Below the pieces are notes generated by a model, which was given only the letters and a program-made list of their open reading frames with translations, had not been told where the DNA came from and ran no database searches. The position numbers and the translations under genes were made by a program. DNA of 34,692 bases from an uncultured bacterium (GTDB taxonomy: Bacteria > Actinomycetota > Coriobacteriia > Coriobacteriales > Atopobiaceae): positions 1 through 34,692 of the forward strand of contig CAJMLD010000001.1 in NCBI GenBank assembly GCA_905214175.1, in the 5' to 3' direction. Shown piece after piece: positions 1 through 9,131 of this stretch (its first letter is position 1; each line of letters starts with the position of its first letter).

Positions 1-1317
1 GTCCTCGACAAGCCGCTCGCATGGTGGGTTGTCGACGCCGCGCGCAAGGCGGGCGTCGACCGCATTGTGCTGGTAGTGGGCAACGGCGCCCAGGAGGTCC
101 GCGACTACTTCGCAGACGAGAAGGACGTGGAGTTTGTCGAGCAGACCGAGCGCCTGGGCACCGGCCACGCCGTGCGTGTGGTGCGCGACGCCCTGGGCAG
201 CTTTGCCGGCCCCGTGGTGGTTCTCAACGGCGACCTGCCGCTCGTTCGCCCCGAGACCGTCTCGGCCCTGGTCGACGCCACCCGTTCGGGCCACAATGCC
301 TGCACGCTGCTCACCATGACGCCGCCGGACGTCTCCGGCTATGGCCGCGTGCTTATCGAGGACGGCGGCGTGCGCGCCATCATCGAGGACAAGGACTGCA
401 CGCCCGAGCAGCGCGCCACGCTCCTGGAGTGCAACGCTGGCGCCTACTGCTTCTGCGGCGAGCGCCTCTCGACCAACATCGACAAGGTCACCAACAATAA
501 CGCCCAGGGCGAGTACTACCTCACCGACATGGTGGGCATCTACGTGGACATGGGCGAGCCCGTCTCGGCAGTCCACTGCGATGACTACGAGGAGCTCCTG
601 GGCGTGAACGACCGCGTCCAGCTGGCGCAGGTCACCAAGATCATGCAGCGCCGCATCAACGAGAACCTCATGCGCTCGGGCGTGTCGATGCTCGATCCCG
701 ACCAGGTCTGGGTTGGCCCGGAGGCCACCGTTGGGAAGGACACCGTCCTTCTCCCCCAGACCTTCCTCTGGGGCAAGACGTCCGTGGGCGAGGCATGCAC
801 CGTTGGCCCCAACAGCCGTCTGGAGAACGCCGTCGTGGGCAACAACTGCACCGTGGACGAGACCGTGATCGTTGACTCCGCCATTGACGACGACGTCAAC
901 TGCGGCCCCCGCGCCTACCTGCGTGGCCACACCCACCTGCTGCGCGGCGCCAAGGCAGGCACGCACGTGGAGCTCAAGAACTCCGTGGTGGGCGAGGGCT
1001 CCAAGGTGCCGCACCTCTCCTATATTGGCGACACGCAGATGGGCGCCGGCGTCAACATTGGCGGCGGGTCGATTACCTGCAACTACGACGGCGTGCACAA
1101 GAGCCACACCACCATTGGCGACGGCGCCTTCATTGGCTCCGACACCATGATGGTGGCGCCCGTCAACATCGGCGCCGGTGCCATCACGGGGGCAAGCTCG
1201 TGCATCACGCACGACGTGCCCGACGACGCCCTTGCCATCGAGCGAAGCCAGCAGAAGAACGTCGAGGGCTACGCCATCGCCCGCCGCGAGCGCCTGGGCA
1301 TCAAGCCCAGGAAGTAG
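1..1317 (+). CDS. glmU: Bifunctional UDP-GlcNAc pyrophosphorylase / glucosamine-1-phosphate N-acetyltransferase (5'-truncated by window edge)
   Basis: Frame open from base 1 (VLDKPLAWWVV...). Motifs LGTGHAV, GDLPL, GYGR, NAQGEYYLTD, hexapeptide repeats, HLSYIGD, NYDG. Confidence 0.97.
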   Translation, partial: VLDKPLAWWVVDAARKAGVDRIVLVVGNGAQEVRDYFADEKDVEFVEQTERLGTGHAVRVVRDALGSFAGPVVVLNGDLPLVRPETVSALVDATRSGHNACTLLTMTPPDVSGYGRVLIEDGGVRAIIEDKDCTPEQRATLLECNAGAYCFCGERLSTNIDKVTNNNAQGEYYLTDMVGIYVDMGEPVSAVHCDDYEELLGVNDRVQLAQVTKIMQRRINENLMRSGVSMLDPDQVWVGPEATVGKDTVLLPQTFLWGKTSVGEACTVGPNSRLENAVVGNNCTVDETVIVDSAIDDDVNCGPRAYLRGHTHLLRGAKAGTHVELKNSVVGEGSKVPHLSYIGDTQMGAGVNIGGGSITCNYDGVHKSHTTIGDGAFIGSDTMMVAPVNIGAGAITGASSCITHDVPDDALAIERSQQKNVEGYAIARRERLGIKPRK

Positions 1318-1324
1318 GGCGTCC

Positions 1325-2824
1325 ATGGCCATCAACACGAAGAACGGGCTCATGCTCCAAGCCTTCTCCTGGTACCTTCCAGCAGACGGCCAGCACTGGC
1401 GACGCCTCGCCAAGATGGCCCCGCGCTTCGCGGAAGAGGGCTTCACCTCGGTTTGGATGCCGCCTGCCTACAAGGGGCAGGCGGGCGCCGAGGACGTGGG
1501 ATATGGCGTCTACGACCTCTGGGACCTTGGCGAGTTTGACCAGAAGGGCTCGGTGCGCACCAAATACGGCACGCGTCGCGAGTACCTGGCCGCCATCCGC
1601 GCCATCCAGGAGCAGGGCGTCAACGTACTGGCAGACGTGGTTCTCAACCACCGCATGGGTGCCGACGGCACCCAGCTGGTTCTGGCCCAGGAGTGCGACG
1701 CCCAGGATCGCACGAAGCCCGTGGGAGAGCCGCGCGAGATTCGCGCCTACACCCGCTTTGAGTTTCCCGGGCGTGCCGGGCGGCTCGACCACTACCAGTG
1801 GGGTATCACGGACTTCACTGGCGTTGACTACGACGAGCTTGAGGGAACCACCGGCATCTACCGCTTTGTGGGCAAGGAGTGGTCGGGCGAGGTAAGCCAC
1901 GAGCTGGGCAACTACGACTACCTCATGGGCGCCGACGTCGACCTGGACGACCCGCGCGTGCGCACGCAGCTTGCTGCGTGGGGCAGCTGGTACCTTGGCC
2001 TCACGGGCGTGGACGGTGTGCGTCTTGACGCTGTGAAGCACATGAGCCGCTCCTTCTATCTGGACTGGCTTGCCCGCATGCGCGAGAAGACCGGCAAGGA
2101 GCTCTTTGCCGTGGGAGAGTACTGGTCGCAGAGCGTGGACGAGTTGCGCGGGTACCTGGGCGACGAGGGCGCCATGAGCCTCTTCGATGTACCGCTTCAC
2201 TTCAACTTCTACCGCGCGTCTACCGCCGGCGAGAACATCGACCTCACGCACATCCTGGACGGGAGCCTGGTAAGCGCGGACCCCATCCATGCCGTAACCT
2301 TCGTGGACAACCACGACACCCAACCCGACCAGGCGCTCGAGTCCACGGTGGAGCCCTGGTTCAAGCCGCTCGCCTACGCACTCATCCTGCTGCGCGAGGC
2401 GGGCTATCCCTGCGTCTTCATGGGCGACCTCTTTGGCCTCCCCAACGACCAGATTCCTGCCGTGCCCGAGCTCGAACTTCTCATGGAGGTGCGCCGCCGC
2501 TTCGCCTACGGCGTACAGCGCGACTGGTTTGACGAGAAGGACCTCGTGGGCTGGACGCGTGAGGGCACGGCGCAGCATGGGGTCTCTGGCGCCGCGGTTC
2601 TTCTCTCCACGCGTGCGGGCAACGCGACAAAGCGCATGTGCGTGGGCGCGGGCCACGCGGGCGAGACGTGGCGCTGCGTGCTGGGCGTCGATGGCACCGT
2701 GACGATTGACGACGAGGGATGGGCGGAGTTCCCCACCGGCGGCGCACGGCTCACGGTCTATCTGCCTGCGCCCACGGCGGACAAGCTGGACAGTATCCCC
2801 ATCCTGGTGAGGCCGGAGGCATAG
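1325..2824 (+). CDS. Cytoplasmic alpha-amylase (GH13, AmyA/AmyS-like)
   Basis: ATG at 1325 just after the glmU stop. Motifs MLQAFSWY, DVGYGVYDLWDLGEFDQKG, DVVLNH, and catalytic LDAVKH, GEYW, FVDNHD. No signal peptide. Confidence 0.93.
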   Translation: MAINTKNGLMLQAFSWYLPADGQHWRRLAKMAPRFAEEGFTSVWMPPAYKGQAGAEDVGYGVYDLWDLGEFDQKGSVRTKYGTRREYLAAIRAIQEQGVNVLADVVLNHRMGADGTQLVLAQECDAQDRTKPVGEPREIRAYTRFEFPGRAGRLDHYQWGITDFTGVDYDELEGTTGIYRFVGKEWSGEVSHELGNYDYLMGADVDLDDPRVRTQLAAWGSWYLGLTGVDGVRLDAVKHMSRSFYLDWLARMREKTGKELFAVGEYWSQSVDELRGYLGDEGAMSLFDVPLHFNFYRASTAGENIDLTHILDGSLVSADPIHAVTFVDNHDTQPDQALESTVEPWFKPLAYALILLREAGYPCVFMGDLFGLPNDQIPAVPELELLMEVRRRFAYGVQRDWFDEKDLVGWTREGTAQHGVSGAAVLLSTRAGNATKRMCVGAGHAGETWRCVLGVDGTVTIDDEGWAEFPTGGARLTVYLPAPTADKLDSIPILVRPEA

Positions 2825-2886
2825 GGGCCGAACGACCGGCCGCCGGTACTTCTCGGCAGTAGCGCACTTCTCGAACGGAGCAACGC

Positions 2887-3927
2887 ATGAAGCGAATTCT
2901 CATGGTGGCCACGGGCGGCACCATTGCGTCCATGCCCGAGACAGACGGCACGGGCCTTGCCCCGGCGCTCACCGGCGAGGAGCTGGCAGGCTACGTACCA
3001 CAGGCGCGCGGGCTGTGTGAGCTGGACATCGTTCAGCCCATGAACATCGACTCGACCAACATGCGCCCCAGCGACTGGAAGCGCATCGCGGCCACGATTA
3101 TGGATGCCTACGATGACTACGACGGCTTTGTGGTGTTGCATGGCACGGACACCATGGCCTACACGGCGGCCGCGCTCTCCTACCTCATCCAGGGCAGCCC
3201 CAAGCCCATCGTGCTCACGGGCTCGCAGCAGCCCATGGCGAACCCCTTTACCGACGCCAAGCTCAACCTCTACCAGTCGCTGCTCTACGCCACCGACGAC
3301 GAATCACACGACGTGTCCATCGTGTTTGGCGGCTCGGTCATTGTGGGGACGCGAGCGCACAAGCAGCGCACCATGAGCTTCAACGCGTTTACCAGCGTGA
3401 ACTACCCGCTGCCGGCCATCATTCGCAACAATCGCATCATCCGGGAGGGGCGCGAGGGAATGACCATACCCAGCCCCACCGCGGTGGGCGTGTCCGCGCG
3501 CGCTTCTCGTCCGCGCGTCTACGACCGCCTTGACGAGCACGTTGTTGTGGTGCGTCTCACCCCGGGTCTGGGTCCGCAGATCCTGGACGCGCTTGGACCA
3601 GACTACGACGCGGTGATCCTCGAGACATTTGGCATCGGAGGGATCCCAGAGTGCAAGGGGGCCCACTTCGAGCAGGCCATCTTCGACTGGATCGACTGCG
3701 GCAAGACGATCGTGCTTACCACGCAGGTCTCGGAGGAGGGCCTTGACCTGGGCGTCTACGAGGTTGGAAGCGCGTACGCCCACGAACCCGCGATTCTGCG
3801 CGGCGACGACATGACCACAGAGGCGCTGGTGGCCAAGACCATGTGGGCGCTGGGACAAACGCGCGACCCGTCAGAGGTGGCGGAGCTCTTCTACCGGCCC
3901 GTGAACCACGACCGCGCAGCGCGATAG
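2887..3927 (+). CDS. ansA: L-asparaginase type I (cytoplasmic)
   Basis: ATGGTIA and HGTDTMAY signatures, LTGSQ, DMTTEA. RBS ggag upstream. Confidence 0.92.
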   Translation: MKRILMVATGGTIASMPETDGTGLAPALTGEELAGYVPQARGLCELDIVQPMNIDSTNMRPSDWKRIAATIMDAYDDYDGFVVLHGTDTMAYTAAALSYLIQGSPKPIVLTGSQQPMANPFTDAKLNLYQSLLYATDDESHDVSIVFGGSVIVGTRAHKQRTMSFNAFTSVNYPLPAIIRNNRIIREGREGMTIPSPTAVGVSARASRPRVYDRLDEHVVVVRLTPGLGPQILDALGPDYDAVILETFGIGGIPECKGAHFEQAIFDWIDCGKTIVLTTQVSEEGLDLGVYEVGSAYAHEPAILRGDDMTTEALVAKTMWALGQTRDPSEVAELFYRPVNHDRAAR

Positions 3928-3980
3928 CGTAGTTGGCCACTGGAGGGCCACTTCCCGCAACGACGGCCGGCGAAGCCCCC

Positions 3981-5186
3981 CTACCCCCGCGCCTCCTCGC
4001 GCCTGGAAAGCATCAACGTGACAACCACAAGCGCGGCCGCCACCACGGCGAGCACCGCGCCCACCAGGCCAACTGCGCGAATTCCCGGGCCGGAGACAAC
4101 CAGGCCCCCAACAAAGGTGCCAAACGCAATTCCCACGTTGAACGACAGCGGCTCGAGAGAACTCGCCAGCGTAAGCGCCTTGGGGTAGCGCCGGCGCGCC
4201 ACGTCCATGAAGTGCGACACACTGGGAATCGACGCCACGTACATGACCAGCCCCACGAGCATCACCAGCACCAGCGCAACGGGCATTGTCGAGCCCACTG
4301 CATAGAGCCCCGCGAGAATGGCCGCCTGGACAAGAAAGACCACAACCAGCGCCTTGATGCCAAAGCGCATGTCGGTCCACCCGCTCAGCAGGTTGGAGCC
4401 AAACGTGACGACGCCATACACCACAAGCGCCCCGCTTACGGCCACGGCGTCCATTCCCAGCACCTGCTCCATGTACGGCGTCACGTACCCGTAGAACGTG
4501 TACACCGAGCCAATGCCAAACACAAACACAAGCATCCCGGCAATGACGCTTGGCTCGCCAAACAGACGCACCTGCTCGCGTGCCGTGGCGGGCTCGTCGG
4601 TCTTGCCACTTCTCGGCATAAAGACGGCGAGAAGGACGCCCGCAGCAAGCGAGAGCGCCAGTGCCCCGTACATGGCAACGTGCCAGCCGACCGTACTTGC
4701 CAGGATCTTGCCAACGCTTGTCGCCACAATGAGCGCCACGGAATAGCTGGCATACACCAGCGTGAGCGCACCAGAGGACTTCCTCGTGCCCACCAGCTCG
4801 GGGATGAACGTCACCCCCACCGCGAGCAACGCGCCCGAGACCGAGCCCAGCAGTATGCGAGCGGCAAGCAGCACCCCAAAGCCCGGCGCAAACGCCGAGA
4901 CCGCGTTGCCCACGCAAAAGAGGACCAGGTAGACAAGCATCACGGAGTAGCGTCTAAAGCGACCCGTCGCAAGCGCCAGCACCGGCGTCATCACCGCATA
5001 CGGCAGGGCGAAGAGGCTGATGAGCTGGCCGGCGGTGGCAAGCGAGACGCCCATCTCCTCCGCCAGATCCGACTCGATGCCAATCACGATGAACTCCGAG
5101 CAGCCCAGCGCAAAGCCCATGAGCACGAGAAGGGCCACGCACAGCCGCGCGCGGCCCGGCGTAACGCAAGTGACGGTCTTCTCCAC
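3981..5186 (-). CDS. MFS transporter, DHA1 / PbuE-AraJ-like efflux permease
   Basis: About 12 hydrophobic segments, FALGCSEFIVIG start typical of this family, GTG start behind gagggg RBS. Confidence 0.88.
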   Translation of the reverse strand: MEKTVTCVTPGRARLCVALLVLMGFALGCSEFIVIGIESDLAEEMGVSLATAGQLISLFALPYAVMTPVLALATGRFRRYSVMLVYLVLFCVGNAVSAFAPGFGVLLAARILLGSVSGALLAVGVTFIPELVGTRKSSGALTLVYASYSVALIVATSVGKILASTVGWHVAMYGALALSLAAGVLLAVFMPRSGKTDEPATAREQVRLFGEPSVIAGMLVFVFGIGSVYTFYGYVTPYMEQVLGMDAVAVSGALVVYGVVTFGSNLLSGWTDMRFGIKALVVVFLVQAAILAGLYAVGSTMPVALVLVMLVGLVMYVASIPSVSHFMDVARRRYPKALTLASSLEPLSFNVGIAFGTFVGGLVVSGPGIRAVGLVGAVLAVVAAALVVVTLMLSRREEARG

Positions 5187-5469
5187 GAAACAATTCCCCC
5201 TCAGAAGACGACAACAGCCGAGAAGCCTAGCACGCGCCCCTCGCAGGCCAGCTGACTTTCCCCGAAACCCGGAGTGAACGCATAGCCCTTGCGTTTGGCA
5301 AGAAGATTGTGGAACCCTCAGATGTGTGCAGTTTTCCGCTGTCGAGACGATCCAGCTGGTATTTCAGGCGACTGAATGCCGAATTGCGTGGGCGACAACC
5401 CCCGCGACGTCGCCCTGCGCATGCGCTACCCTTACCGTGACCGCAAGCAGTCACGGCGAGAGGAGCAGT

Positions 5470-6042
5470 ATGCCCGCGCGCCCCAAGGAGATTCGGCTCG
5501 TATGCGGCCTGGGCAACCCCGGCCCAGAGTACGAGCACACGCGTCACAACATTGGCTTTGCAACTATCGACGTGCTGGCCGAGCGCGCCGGCACGCGCTA
5601 CTGGAAGAGCGAAGCCGGTTGCATGGTGGCTCGTGGTCGCATCGGCGGACGCGAGGTCATTCTCGCCAAGCCCCAGGACTTTATGAACACGAGCGGCGGG
5701 CCGCTCTCCAAGCTCATGCGGCAGGAGCACGTCTCCCCCGCCGAGATCCTGGTAGTGCACGACGAGGTCGACCTGCCCGCCGGAGAGGTTCGCGCCAAGT
5801 GGGGTGGCGGGCTCAACGCCCACAACGGCCTGCGGTCCATTGCCAACAAGCTTGGCACGCGGGACTTCTCGCGCATTCGCTGCGGCATTGGCCGTCCGCC
5901 CGGAAAGATGCAGGTGGCAGACTACGTCCTGCGCGAGCTCAAGGGCGGCTTCCTCGACGAGTTCCAGATTCTTGCCCAAGACGCGGCATCTCTCTGCGAA
6001 CAGGTCGTAAGCGACGGCATGCCGGCAGACGCCCTGCGCTAG
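5470..6042 (+). CDS. pth: Peptidyl-tRNA hydrolase
   Basis: GLGNPG, TRHNIG, KPQDFMNTSG, HDEVDL, HNGLRSI, RCGIGRP. RBS aggag before the ATG at 5470. Confidence 0.96.
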   Translation: MPARPKEIRLVCGLGNPGPEYEHTRHNIGFATIDVLAERAGTRYWKSEAGCMVARGRIGGREVILAKPQDFMNTSGGPLSKLMRQEHVSPAEILVVHDEVDLPAGEVRAKWGGGLNAHNGLRSIANKLGTRDFSRIRCGIGRPPGKMQVADYVLRELKGGFLDEFQILAQDAASLCEQVVSDGMPADALR

Positions 6043-6210
6043 CGTCGGGCGAGCAGCCGTTCATACCGCATCCCGCCGCGATGAATCGTGTAGGCGCTGT
6101 TGAGGTCAATTAACTCCCCTTCCAACAATTACACTAAGGTACTTGGAAGGCTCCGGGCATCTCCGCCTGGGGCCAAGTCTGAAGCGGCTTTAGGAGAGGA
6201 GTCAGGCTTC

Positions 6211-7053
6211 ATGTATAAGATCCTCGAAAAGACGCAGTTCTCGGAGAAGGTGTTCAAGTTCCGCATCGAGGCGCCGGAGATGGCCAAGCACGCACACGCT
6301 GGCCAGTTCCTCATGGTTCGCGCCAACGAGACCGGTGAGCGCGTGCCGTTCACCTTTGCGGACTGGAACCCCGAAGAGGGCTGGGTGGAGTTCATCTTCA
6401 TGGTGGTCGGCAAGACCACGAAGATGCTCTCTACGTACGAGCCCGGCGACGCCATTCTCGACGTCACCGGCCCGCTGGGTCAACCTACGGTCATGGGCCC
6501 CGGGACCACCTGCGTCATTGGCGGCGGCGTTGGCCTTGCCATCGCGTACCCCGTCGCGCGCACGCTGGTGAAGACCGGTCACGAGGTCCACGCCATCATG
6601 GGCGCCCGCACCAAGGACCTGCTCCTTCTCGAGGACCAGTTCCGCGAGCTGCTGCCCGAGGACCACATCCACATCACCACCGACGACGGCTCCTATGGCG
6701 AGAAGGGCGTTGTCACCGCCCCGCTCGAGCGCCTGCTCCAGGCCAAGGCCGTCGACGAGGTCTTCTGCGTTGGCCCCGTCCCCATGATGAAGTTCTCCAC
6801 ACTCACGGCCGAGAAGTACGGCACCCCTATCACCGCGTCGCTCAACCCCATCATGGTCGACGGCACGGGCATGTGCGGCTGCTGCCGCGTCGAGATCGAC
6901 GGCAAGACCAAGTTCGCCTGCGTCGACGGTCCCGACTTTGACGCCACCAAGGTCGACTGGAACGACCTGCGCGCGCGTCAGGCTGCATACCGTACCGAGG
7001 AGGGCCAGGCCCTCAAGGCCTATGAGGAGGCGAACTGCGCATGCCACAGGTAA
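6211..7053 (+). CDS. nfnA: Ferredoxin-NADP+ reductase-like FAD/NAD/2Fe-2S subunit (NfnA/SudB)
   Basis: GQFLMVR, ERVPFT, GPLG, GGGVG, CVGPVPMM, DGTGMCGCCRV, ACVDGPDF. RBS aggag before the ATG at 6211. Confidence 0.88.
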   Translation: MYKILEKTQFSEKVFKFRIEAPEMAKHAHAGQFLMVRANETGERVPFTFADWNPEEGWVEFIFMVVGKTTKMLSTYEPGDAILDVTGPLGQPTVMGPGTTCVIGGGVGLAIAYPVARTLVKTGHEVHAIMGARTKDLLLLEDQFRELLPEDHIHITTDDGSYGEKGVVTAPLERLLQAKAVDEVFCVGPVPMMKFSTLTAEKYGTPITASLNPIMVDGTGMCGCCRVEIDGKTKFACVDGPDFDATKVDWNDLRARQAAYRTEEGQALKAYEEANCACHR

Positions 7054-8447
7054 ACGGTCGCTTTGTTCCCGACATGAAGTCCCCCCGCACCCCTGACAAC
7101 GAGGAGCCGGCGGAGGAGCGCGCCCGCGACTTCCGTCCCGTCGACAAGGGCTTCACCAAGGAGATGGCGCTGGCCGAGGCCGAGCGCTGCATGGACTGCA
7201 AGAAGCCCCTCTGCGTCGAGGGCTGCCCAGTCAACATCAAGATCCCCAAGTTCATCGAGAAGATTCGTGAGCAGGACTTTGGCGCCGCTCTCGACATCAT
7301 CCACGAGGACTCGATGCTCCCCGCAATCTGCGGCCGCGTGTGCCCGCAGGAGAACCAGTGCGAGGGCCGCTGCATCCGCGGCAAGAAGTCCGAGCCCGTG
7401 GCCATCGGCCAGCTCGAGCGCTTCCTGGGCGACCAGCCCGAGCTTGCAAGCAAGCCGCAGATGAAGCCCGCAAACGGCAAGAAGGTCGCCGTCATCGGCT
7501 CCGGCCCCTCCGGCATCACCTGCGCCGGCGAGCTTGCGCGCAACGGCTTTGACGTCACCGTCTTCGAGGCATTCTTCACCGGCGGCGGCGTGCTTGTCTA
7601 CGGCATTCCCGAGTTCCGTCTGCCCAAGGCAGTCGTGAAGCGTGAGATTGACGGCCTCAAGGAGCTGGGCGTCAAGTTCGAGTTCAACTCCGTCATGGGC
7701 AACCTCGCCAACGCCGACGAGCTCCTGGGCGAGAAGGGCTTCGACGCCATCTACGTGGCAACCGGCGCCGGCCTGCCCAAGTTCCTCAACATCCCCGGCG
7801 AGAACCTCCCCAACGTCTTCTTCGCCAACGAGTACCTCACCCGCGTGAACCTCATGAAGGCGAACAAGTTCCCCGAGTACGACACCCCCACCAAGCACGC
7901 CAAGCAGGTTGTGGTCTTCGGCGGCGGCAATGTCGCTATGGACGCCGTTCGTACCGCCAAGCGTCTTGGTGCCGAGCGCGCCATCATCGCCTACCGCCGT
8001 ACCGAGGCCGAGATGCCCGCCCGTCGCGCCGAGCTTCACCACGCCAAGGCTGAGGGCGTCGAGGTCATGCCGCTTGTCTCGCCGCTCGAGTTCATCGCCG
8101 GCGAGGACGGCAACGTGTGCGCCGTGAAGGTCCAGAAGATGGAGCTGGGCGAGCCCGATGCCTCCGGCCGCCGTCGCCCCATCCCCATCGAGGGCGCCAT
8201 TGAAGAGATCCCCTGCGACGTGGCCATCTCCGCCATTGGCACCAACGCCAACCCCTTCGCCAAGAAGATTGGCGGCATGGACCTCAACAAGTGGGGCTAC
8301 ATCGTGGCAGACGAGAACGGCCGCACCTCCAACCCCCGCATCTGGGCTGGTGGCGACATCGTGACCGGTGCCGCAACGGTCATTCTGGCCATGGGCGCTG
8401 GCAAGACCGCCGCAGCGAGCATCACCGAGACGCTTACCGCCGAGTAG
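7041..8447 (+). CDS. nfnB: GltD-like large subunit of electron-bifurcating transhydrogenase (NfnB/SudA; often annotated as homotetrameric glutamate synthase)
   Basis: CxxCxxxxCxxGCP, CGRVCPQExQCE, GSGPSG, YGIPEFRL, GGGNVAMD, GDIVTG. Overlaps nfnA by 13 nt. Confidence 0.88.
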   Translation: MPQVNGRFVPDMKSPRTPDNEEPAEERARDFRPVDKGFTKEMALAEAERCMDCKKPLCVEGCPVNIKIPKFIEKIREQDFGAALDIIHEDSMLPAICGRVCPQENQCEGRCIRGKKSEPVAIGQLERFLGDQPELASKPQMKPANGKKVAVIGSGPSGITCAGELARNGFDVTVFEAFFTGGGVLVYGIPEFRLPKAVVKREIDGLKELGVKFEFNSVMGNLANADELLGEKGFDAIYVATGAGLPKFLNIPGENLPNVFFANEYLTRVNLMKANKFPEYDTPTKHAKQVVVFGGGNVAMDAVRTAKRLGAERAIIAYRRTEAEMPARRAELHHAKAEGVEVMPLVSPLEFIAGEDGNVCAVKVQKMELGEPDASGRRRPIPIEGAIEEIPCDVAISAIGTNANPFAKKIGGMDLNKWGYIVADENGRTSNPRIWAGGDIVTGAATVILAMGAGKTAAASITETLTAE

Positions 8448-8477
8448 CGCCGCGTTTCTTGCAACCGTGTCCGCATT

Positions 8478-8518
8478 GAAGGGTCCCGAGGCCAGCTGGC
8501 CTCGGGACCCTTCGTTTT
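8478..8518 (+). terminator. Intrinsic terminator after nfnB
   Basis: Perfect 36-nt palindrome gaagggtcccgaggccag|ctggcctcgggacccttc (8478-8513) followed by gtttt. Confidence 0.8.
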
Positions 8519-8583
8519 CCGCCGCCCATCGGGGCTTCGCTCTTGCCGGGGCTTCGCCCTCGCTATCTCACCTGCCGTCCCTC

Positions 8584-8683
8584 AAAACTGCGACTAAATT
8601 GCAGCCAGCCCAGAAGCATCAAGCCACCTACCTGCGGTTTTCTCTGAAGCAGCAACCGGAAGCTGCAATTAACCCGCAGCTTT
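8584..8683. repeat. 100-bp inverted-repeat element
   Basis: Arms aaaactgcgactaaattgcagc (8584-8605) and gctgcaattaacccgcagcttt (8662-8683) are 18/22 complementary. Central ctacctgcggtttt. Confidence 0.7.
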
Positions 8684-8781
8684 CTGGCAAGCGCAGGACG
8701 CGGTGTAGAACAGAAGTCCCGGCCGATCCACGGCAAACGCCAGAACCACAGCGCCCCATCCGCAAGAGTTCGGTACGTGTA

Positions 8782-9031
8782 TGCACAAAAACGTCCTATC
8801 GGACGGGATTTGGCGATTACTTGCACAAAAAGCCTCTATCGGACGGTGGCCTTCTGGATTTAACATCAATAATTTAATCATGTTTTCAGAAATATGATTA
8901 AAATGGTTAAGATATTCAAATTCGTGCAAATGTAGTTAAACTATTGATTAAGCAGCTCAAGAAACACTGTTCGATAGAGCCTTTTTATGCAGCGAACCCC
9001 GAATTGCCGTCCGATAGGACGTTTTTATGCA
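8782..9031. repeat. 250-bp palindromic element: two direct 25-mers, AT-rich core, two inverted 25-mers
   Basis: 25-mers at 8782-8806 and 8822-8846 (direct), 8967-8991 and 9007-9031 (inverted), period 40 on both sides. Inner inverted repeat at 8865-8877/8936-8948. All share the axis 8906.5. Confidence 0.9.
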
Positions 9032-9065
9032 GCGACTGGCTATCTCGCGTGCTCAAGAGCCTGCC

Positions 9066-9095
9066 TTGGCCATCCGAAAGACCGCCGCATACAAT
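9066..9095 (+). promoter_or_regulatory. Candidate sigma70/SigA promoter of the RNase-barstar unit
   Basis: TTGGCC-18 nt-TACAAT, about 36 nt upstream of the ATG at 9132, which has a G-rich RBS. Confidence 0.5.
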
Positions 9096-9131
9096 TGGAC
9101 AGAAGCGCACGCCCCCCCACAATGGGGGGCC

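Noticed and set aside
5187..5469. Possible purine or other riboswitch ahead of the MFS exporter
   Set aside because: Small hairpins exist but I could not find the conserved core of any riboswitch I know. An Rfam scan would settle it.
8530..8557. Direct repeat cggggcttcgc x2
   Set aside because: Only 11 bp in two copies in GC-rich DNA, too weak to interpret.
8782..9031. CRISPR array or oriC interpretation of the 25-mer repeats
   Set aside because: Only two copies per orientation, 15-nt spacers, an inverted layout and no cas genes. I saw no TTATCCACA DnaA boxes and there is no dnaA/dnaN context.
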